Part shown: positions 57,698 to 64,000 of the stretch, piece by piece
Layout: each line of letters begins with the position of its first letter
Position numbering within the stretch: position 1 is the stretch's first letter
Source: an uncultured virus (IMG/VR IMGVR_UViG_3300037067_017539)
Lineage: Duplodnaviria; Heunggongvirae; Uroviricota; Caudoviricetes
Length of the DNA stretch: 64,000 nucleotides
IMG/VR virus record: IMGVR_UViG_3300037067_017539
Reading direction: 5' to 3' (one strand)
The notes under the pieces: generated by a model
What the model was told of the DNA's origin: nothing
What the model saw: the letters and a program-made list of their open reading frames with translations, nothing else
The model's database searches: none
Position numbers and translations under genes: made by a program

Positions 57698-60600
57698 ATG
57701 GGTGTCCATGATATTCCCAAGAAAATCCATAATGATGCCATTAAAGATCAAATTTATTTTGAACAGTATTCAAACGGGGTGAGTAAGTCCGTTCAGAATT
57801 TGCTGGAAATTGCTCAGGCAGAAATCGCCGGTGCCATTGCAAAGAATGACCCGACCGCTCCAACAATGACGAAGTGGAAGGAGGCAAGGCTTGAAAAATT
57901 AAATGAAGATATTTCTGATATATTAGATGTTACATATAACGAAGCGGAAAAGATCACCAACAAAGCTTTGCTTTCAGTTGGGCTTGTTCAGGCAGATAAT
58001 GTTGTGAATAAATTTAATAGCGCAATTGGTGTTGATATATTTACCGTTACCCTTACCAAAGATAATGTTCAATCTATTGTAGAAAATTCAATGATACAAG
58101 GCAAGGTAATTGGTGATTGGTGGGCAACTGCAAAAGAAGCTTCGAAAGCGAAAATATCCGCAAGTTTGGCGGCTGGCACACAGGCAATCCAAATCGGGAT
58201 GGTTCAAGGCGAATCCATTGGACAACTTGTAAGACGGATTACAGGCACTAAAACCACACCGGGCATAATGAATGTGTCCAAAAGAGAAGCCACTGCCCTC
58301 GTAAGGACGAGCGTCATGCAGGTGGCTGGCAATACCCGAGCCGAAGTGTTTAAAGCCAATGCAGACGTTTTAGCTGGCATTACGTTCATCGCAACGTTGG
58401 ACGGTCGTACAACTCCAATTTGTAGGGCGATAGATGGCGCTTCATACGATATGGACATGAAGCCGATTGGCGGGAAGGCAATCCCTTTTCCGGGGAATCC
58501 GCCTTTGCACTGGCAATGTTTTGTTGATTACAAACAACCAATTTATACTTCGAAAGGTTGGGTTCCAATTGGTAAAATTAAAGTTGGTGATTTAGTTCTT
58601 ACTCATAAAGGAAGATTTAAAAAGGTTACAGAATTAATTTTTACACCAAAACAATCTCCAGAAATTGTTAAAATAAAATTAAAAAATAATTTTAATAAGA
58701 TAACGTCTGTTACTTCAGAACATCCATTTATGGTTAATGGGAAATGGGTTTGTGCTGGAGAAATAAAAAATGGTGATAAAGTTGCTTTTTTATCTCATAA
58801 ATGTGCGAATAAAAATTGTTCAAATATGATTCCGTATTTCAATAAATATTGTTGCGTTTCATGTTCGAGTTTATCTCAAGAGTTTACAGAAGAAAGAAAA
58901 ACTAAAATTTCATTTTCTCAAAAAGGAAAAAAGAAAAATTTAAAAAGCGTTGAAAAAATGATTGCAAAAAGATGGACAAAAGAAAAAAAAGAAAAGCAAG
59001 CTGAATTGTCAAGAAAGCAAATATTACAAGAGTATGAATTTGGGTTAAGAAATAAAAATACGATTGCATTAAAAGCAAATGATAAAACAAGAGAATTGAT
59101 AAAACAAGGCAAACATGTTTTTCAAGACCCAATTATTTGTTGTCGTGCAGTAGAAAATTCTCACAAATCTTTAATATGGAAAAACGCTGTTGTTGATCAT
59201 ATGAAAAATAGAAACCCATCTTTTAATCCTAAGGCCAAAAAGAAAAGATTGGATTCGTTTTTAAGATTTATGAAAAAACATCCTGAAAAACGGATAAATT
59301 CTATAGTTGCGCAAAAAGAATTTGTAAGCAGTTTAGAAATTAAAATGATAGGAATATTGAATGAATTAGAAATCAATTTTATTCATCAATATCCAATTGG
59401 AAAATACAGGGTTGATTTTGCTATTCCTGATTTAAAAATAGTCATAGAAGCGGATGGCGATTATTGGCACCAAAATAAAGAAAAGGATCGTGTAAGGCAA
59501 ATTAAAATTGAACAGATGGGTTGGCAAGTTATTCGATTTAACGAAAATCAAATAACCAAAAATCCGAATGAAATTTATTTTGAACTAAATAGAATATTTG
59601 CGAATCATGAAGGTGATTATGAATTTGCAGATTTTGAAGTGATTGTTGAAAATGTCGGTGTAAGTAAAAGAGCCAAAAAACTTTATAATTTTAGTGTTGA
59701 AGATGACGAAAGTTATATCGCAAGTGGATTTGTTGTTCATAATTGCAGAACAACACTTGCGCCAAAAACCAAAACCTTTGAAGATTTGGCCGGGCCAAAT
59801 TCAAAGCTGAATAAAAAACAGCTTAAAGAGTTGGATAATATGCCTGTTGGAGTTCGTTCGAGTTTGGGTGGGCCGGTTCCAGCCGATATGAATTATAACG
59901 ATTGGTTGTTGACTCAACCAATAGACGTTCAAAAAAACATTCTTGGGCCGGGTCGCTGGAAATTATGGACAGAAAATAAACTGGACATGATTGACCTTGT
60001 AAACAACAATGGGAAGCAACTAACGCTTATTGAACTGCAAGCGGCGCTTGGAGATATAGCTGCGAAGAACATTGTTTACCTTGAAAATGAATTGAAGACC
60101 ATTGCTGTAAATAGTGTGGATTTAAATGAATTTATTGCAAATATTGGAACATTGACGCCTCAAAAAATTGTTTCCTTTGGGGAAATAATAGCCGATGAAG
60201 GCGGTATTCACGAATATTATGCAAAAGTTCAAAAGACTGTTGCTGTTCAAAGAGCATGGCGTGCAGAACAAAAACTTGTAAAGAATCTTGCAGATCCTGA
60301 AGCCATTGTGACATTTAAGCCGGGTAAAACCCTGCCGGCTGATTTATATTCGCCTGTAAAAGGTGCCGAACAAACGCTCAAACAAGGCGATAAATACGTT
60401 TACGGCGAACTTGAAATAAAAATAAATCCGGCTTTAGAAACCCCATTTGAACCGGTTCCGGGATATAAACAATCCGCCGGCATGATACTTATCGACAAGA
60501 AGACCGGCAAGATTTATCTTAATTCACCGAAGAATCAATTCGGCGGTTATAAAAACAGTTTCCCCAAGGGAACCATTGAAACCGGGTTGAATTCACAAGA

Positions 60601-63600
60601 AGTAGCCATAAAGGAAGTTTTTGAAGAGACTGGACTGCAGGGCCGGCCACTTTATTTATTGGGTGACTATAAAAAAACCACTTCTATTTCTCGGTATTAT
60701 GTTGGGGTTAAAACTGGCGGAACACCCGCAATGATGGGTTGGGAATCTGAAGCGGTGCAGCTTTGTCCGCTTAATAAACTGGACGACCTGTTGAATGTTG
60801 GTATTGATAAGAAAATTGCACAGGATTTTATTGTGCAGTATGAAAAGGCCCTTAAGCTGGGCAATGGCAATATTGAAAACGGCTTTAAAATATTGACGGA
60901 AGAAATTACCAATAAACAAATTTACTTGCAAGAAATGAAAAAGGCCGGCACATTTGGCGTTAAAGCCGACAAGTTTGTTCAGAATGTTTTTAAAGATATC
61001 CCGGATGTAACATGGGTTGAAAAAACTAAAGTTTTAAAGGAAAAGTTAGATGATTTATCTATGGGTTTAAAATTAGAAATCGGAAATTGGAAACATATTC
61101 CTAATTCTGTTTTTCAAGAAGTTGCAAAAGACTATAAATTAACAAACAATGTGTTTGATGATTATGATAAAATTAAAGGGCTTGTTGACAAAAAGTCTGT
61201 TGAATATAATAATCAATTTCTTAACCTGCTCAGCGACAAACCAAAGTTCGGCAGCGTTGAAATAAATACAGAGGTCATTACAGAACTTAAAAAAATAACG
61301 CCGGGCTGGGATACCTTAGATCCAAAAGTTAAAATGACATTATTCAAAAGTAAACAAGAATTTATTGAAGAATTGCAATGGGCTGATTTTAAAGCGGCGA
61401 TTGTTCCGGACACTATTGAAGAAGCGGCCATGCAAGGCGTTAAGGATGCTAACTTTAGACTTGGTACATCATATAAAGAAAAAATTGATTTCTTCAATAA
61501 ACAAGTTGCTATAGTTAAACAAGAATCAATTAAAAATTATACAGAATATTTAGACCTTGTTGATTCTGATCCATTGGAATATAAAATTTATTCTGAAATG
61601 CAAAAGAAAGAAGGTTGGAGTAATTTAACTTCTTTTGATAAATTAAAAATTGTTTATGCTGAAGCCGAAACCGGTGAAATAAAAATTGCTGTTAAACAGC
61701 TTGAAGACCTGATTAACGCAGATGCAGGAACAAAAATTTATGATGCCATTGTTGATAAAACGCCAACTTTCAAATCATTGCCGATAAAAGAACAGATAGC
61801 ATTATTTCAAAAAGAAATGAAAGCACAGGCTGCAACCATTACGGTTAAAGGCAAGGGTATTCTTGATTTGACGGAACAAGAACTTGATACGTTGTCTTAT
61901 TTGGATTCTTCAATTTCTGGAACAACAAACATACCCTTTTCTGTTTGGAACCAGACAATAAAAAGTGCGAGTGTAACTGTTTTTAATTCTCTTGAAGATT
62001 CATTAAAACAAACATACCTAAAAAAATGGCATAATCTTGACGCTATAATTCCAGATGAATTATTATCTATTGAAAATAAAAAACTTATTAAACAGGCAAA
62101 TGATATTGAATTGGTTGCTGGGGTTGGTACAAAAGAAATATCACAATTAACCAAAATTCAATTTTCTGAAAACTTCGATATGTGGGATAATATCCAAAAA
62201 GGTATTGATCCAACAGAACTACAAATTAAAATCTTTCAGCTTTTAAAATCAGATGTTCAACAAGCACAAATAAAATCTTTTAATAAAAATTCTGTAACTC
62301 CACTTTCAGAAGCTGTTGAAGCAAAATTAAAAGGCGTTAAGGCGTTTGGTTTTTCTGATGAATACGAAAGTTTGATGGGCGTTAAATTATTTAAACAGGT
62401 TGACGCCATTGAAGAAAGTGTTTTTGATGGATACAAAGATTTGCCTGTAGATAAAAAAGTCGAACATTTGAAAAAGGTTTTAGGACATGAAATTGAAGGC
62501 AAAACTCGAGAATTGTTTATAAATTATCAAACAGCCAATGATAATATTACCGCTGAAATACTTAAGGTTGGTACGGGAATAGGGCCTTACGAGGTTGGCA
62601 TTTGGGAAAATACAGATTCAACAATTAAAGCAATGTTAGTTAAAAAATGGCTAAAGCAAGGCGTTGCCGCTGAACAAATGGTGGCGCTTGCTGGCGATAA
62701 AAAATTAGAGAAGATTGTTACTGAAAAATTAAAACCTGCTTTGCCGGGTAAACATGTAGTTGCAAGTATTAAAACTGTCGATTGGAAAAGCATTAATGAT
62801 TTTGACGACTTGCTTGATTTGGCAAATAAAGAAGGTTGGATTGATAATATCGGCGAAGAAACCGCTGATTTTGCGAAAGAATTTTTTTTGAATATGAATA
62901 CAGATGCAATTTTGAAGTTTAATAAAGAATTTGATGCCAGTGAAGAAATTTTATTGCCATTTATAAAAAGTAAGGTGGCAACGTATAAATTCAGCCTTCT
63001 TAAGCCTGATGAAACAATTCAGTTTATGATGAATCCAAATTATATTCCAGACTCAAAGATTGTTAAAATAGCAAACAAAACATTTAATCTTGCCGACCCT
63101 GAACAATTGAAACAATTTACATCGGCTCAAAAAAATGGGCTTAACAAATACGCAAAAAGCATTGCAGAAGGTAAAGCTCCGACAAAAATGCAAAATGCTT
63201 TTTTTGAAAATCTTGATGAAGCTGGTAAAGTTGACGTTAAAAAAAAGATTGATAAGTATAAAATTAAATTTGGCATTGCCGACGATATGGACGTTGTTCC
63301 TTCCGCTCCGCCACCACTGGCAAACGTGCCGAAACTTAATTTTGATGATATGGTAAAATACAAGGCGCAAGAAGGAAGCAATACCGGGGGATATTATTAT
63401 AACGTCAATAATCCGGCTGAAAAATATTACATCAAGACTCCCGGGAACCCTGAAATTGCAAAGAATGAGATGCTTGCCAGTAAGCTTTATGAAGCTGCCG
63501 GAACTGAAGTGCCCAACCTTCAGTTTATAGATGTAAATGGCGAACAATCTATAGCATCACATATTATTGACGGTGTTGAAAAAGCAAAGACGGCACTTAT

Positions 63601-64000
63601 TAACGGTGAAATACGGGCCGGCGTGTATGATGATTACGTTGTGGATGCTTGGCTTGCAAATTGGGACGTTGTGGGGCTCGGGTACGACAACCTTATGGTT
63701 AAGAACGGTATAAAGGGTGTTCGTATAGACGTTGGCGGTTCGTTAAGGTTCAGAGCGCAAGGCCTCGCCAAAGGTGATAAGTTTGGTAACAGCGTCTTTG
63801 AATTATCATCATTTAGGGATGCAGCCACAAACAGGCAATCGGAATCGGTATTTAAGTTCATCACAAAGGCAGAATTGGACGCCGGGGCAAGAAAGGTTCT
63901 TGCTGTGCCTGATAGCAAGATTCGTGAACTTGTTGAAGAATTTGGGCCGATTGATATTGCAGAAAGAAAGAAACTCGTTGATACTTTAATTGAAAGAAAG
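57698..64000 (+). CDS. giant MuF (SPP1 gp7-like) minor head protein fused to intein, Nudix and kinase-like domains; 3' partial
   Basis: ATG 6 nt after portal stop; FIATLDGRTTPICRAIDG...PPLHWQ|intein|CRTT; Nudix and kinase motifs all in the same frame; absent from the track, consistent with no stop before the window end (>=2101 codons). Confidence 0.88.
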   Translation, partial: MGVHDIPKKIHNDAIKDQIYFEQYSNGVSKSVQNLLEIAQAEIAGAIAKNDPTAPTMTKWKEARLEKLNEDISDILDVTYNEAEKITNKALLSVGLVQADNVVNKFNSAIGVDIFTVTLTKDNVQSIVENSMIQGKVIGDWWATAKEASKAKISASLAAGTQAIQIGMVQGESIGQLVRRITGTKTTPGIMNVSKREATALVRTSVMQVAGNTRAEVFKANADVLAGITFIATLDGRTTPICRAIDGASYDMDMKPIGGKAIPFPGNPPLHWQCFVDYKQPIYTSKGWVPIGKIKVGDLVLTHKGRFKKVTELIFTPKQSPEIVKIKLKNNFNKITSVTSEHPFMVNGKWVCAGEIKNGDKVAFLSHKCANKNCSNMIPYFNKYCCVSCSSLSQEFTEERKTKISFSQKGKKKNLKSVEKMIAKRWTKEKKEKQAELSRKQILQEYEFGLRNKNTIALKANDKTRELIKQGKHVFQDPIICCRAVENSHKSLIWKNAVVDHMKNRNPSFNPKAKKKRLDSFLRFMKKHPEKRINSIVAQKEFVSSLEIKMIGILNELEINFIHQYPIGKYRVDFAIPDLKIVIEADGDYWHQNKEKDRVRQIKIEQMGWQVIRFNENQITKNPNEIYFELNRIFANHEGDYEFADFEVIVENVGVSKRAKKLYNFSVEDDESYIASGFVVHNCRTTLAPKTKTFEDLAGPNSKLNKKQLKELDNMPVGVRSSLGGPVPADMNYNDWLLTQPIDVQKNILGPGRWKLWTENKLDMIDLVNNNGKQLTLIELQAALGDIAAKNIVYLENELKTIAVNSVDLNEFIANIGTLTPQKIVSFGEIIADEGGIHEYYAKVQKTVAVQRAWRAEQKLVKNLADPEAIVTFKPGKTLPADLYSPVKGAEQTLKQGDKYVYGELEIKINPALETPFEPVPGYKQSAGMILIDKKTGKIYLNSPKNQFGGYKNSFPKGTIETGLNSQEVAIKEVFEETGLQGRPLYLLGDYKKTTSISRYYVGVKTGGTPAMMGWESEAVQLCPLNKLDDLLNVGIDKKIAQDFIVQYEKALKLGNGNIENGFKILTEEITNKQIYLQEMKKAGTFGVKADKFVQNVFKDIPDVTWVEKTKVLKEKLDDLSMGLKLEIGNWKHIPNSVFQEVAKDYKLTNNVFDDYDKIKGLVDKKSVEYNNQFLNLLSDKPKFGSVEINTEVITELKKITPGWDTLDPKVKMTLFKSKQEFIEELQWADFKAAIVPDTIEEAAMQGVKDANFRLGTSYKEKIDFFNKQVAIVKQESIKNYTEYLDLVDSDPLEYKIYSEMQKKEGWSNLTSFDKLKIVYAEAETGEIKIAVKQLEDLINADAGTKIYDAIVDKTPTFKSLPIKEQIALFQKEMKAQAATITVKGKGILDLTEQELDTLSYLDSSISGTTNIPFSVWNQTIKSASVTVFNSLEDSLKQTYLKKWHNLDAIIPDELLSIENKKLIKQANDIELVAGVGTKEISQLTKIQFSENFDMWDNIQKGIDPTELQIKIFQLLKSDVQQAQIKSFNKNSVTPLSEAVEAKLKGVKAFGFSDEYESLMGVKLFKQVDAIEESVFDGYKDLPVDKKVEHLKKVLGHEIEGKTRELFINYQTANDNITAEILKVGTGIGPYEVGIWENTDSTIKAMLVKKWLKQGVAAEQMVALAGDKKLEKIVTEKLKPALPGKHVVASIKTVDWKSINDFDDLLDLANKEGWIDNIGEETADFAKEFFLNMNTDAILKFNKEFDASEEILLPFIKSKVATYKFSLLKPDETIQFMMNPNYIPDSKIVKIANKTFNLADPEQLKQFTSAQKNGLNKYAKSIAEGKAPTKMQNAFFENLDEAGKVDVKKKIDKYKIKFGIADDMDVVPSAPPPLANVPKLNFDDMVKYKAQEGSNTGGYYYNVNNPAEKYYIKTPGNPEIAKNEMLASKLYEAAGTEVPNLQFIDVNGEQSIASHIIDGVEKAKTALINGEIRAGVYDDYVVDAWLANWDVVGLGYDNLMVKNGIKGVRIDVGGSLRFRAQGLAKGDKFGNSVFELSSFRDAATNRQSESVFKFITKAELDAGARKVLAVPDSKIRELVEEFGPIDIAERKKLVDTLIERK
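58517..59743 (+). mobile_element. intein in MuF domain (409 aa) with DUF559/Vsr-like endonuclease
   Basis: HWQ|CFVDYKQPIYTSKGW...VTSEHPF...QYPIGKYRVDFAI..IVIEADGDYWH...LYNFSVEDDESYIASGFVVHN|CRT. Confidence 0.92.

Overview
AT-rich segment of a large tailed dsDNA phage (Caudoviricetes-like). Essentially every credible gene is on the + strand. Order: end of a tail/virion module and lysis genes (1-4.4 kb); DUF932, RHH and SF2 helicase; a nearly self-contained replisome (primase, initiator with internal iterons, DnaB-like helicase, beta-clamp, intein-containing DnaE, clamp loader, SSB) with a radical SAM gene inside it; recombination genes (UvsY-like, RecA, 5'-3' exonuclease, resolvase, split SbcC plus SbcD); a GGQ release-factor-like gene; TerS and TerL separated by ~7.5 kb of small ORFs plus dcd and tmk; a ~10 kb amino-sugar/glycosylation cluster with thyX wedged between TerL and portal. 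The window ends in a >2100-codon ORF missing from the ORF track (57698 to beyond the edge): a MuF head protein carrying an intein, a Nudix domain and a PI-kinase/HipA-like kinase domain. Non-coding highlights are eight copies of a palindrome-plus-sigma70 promoter element, a structured leader with interleaved long helices upstream of the initiator genes, a candidate multibranch ncRNA after dcd, and an (AAGC)7 tract in the glycan operon leader. All family assignments are from motif recognition by eye; no searches were run.
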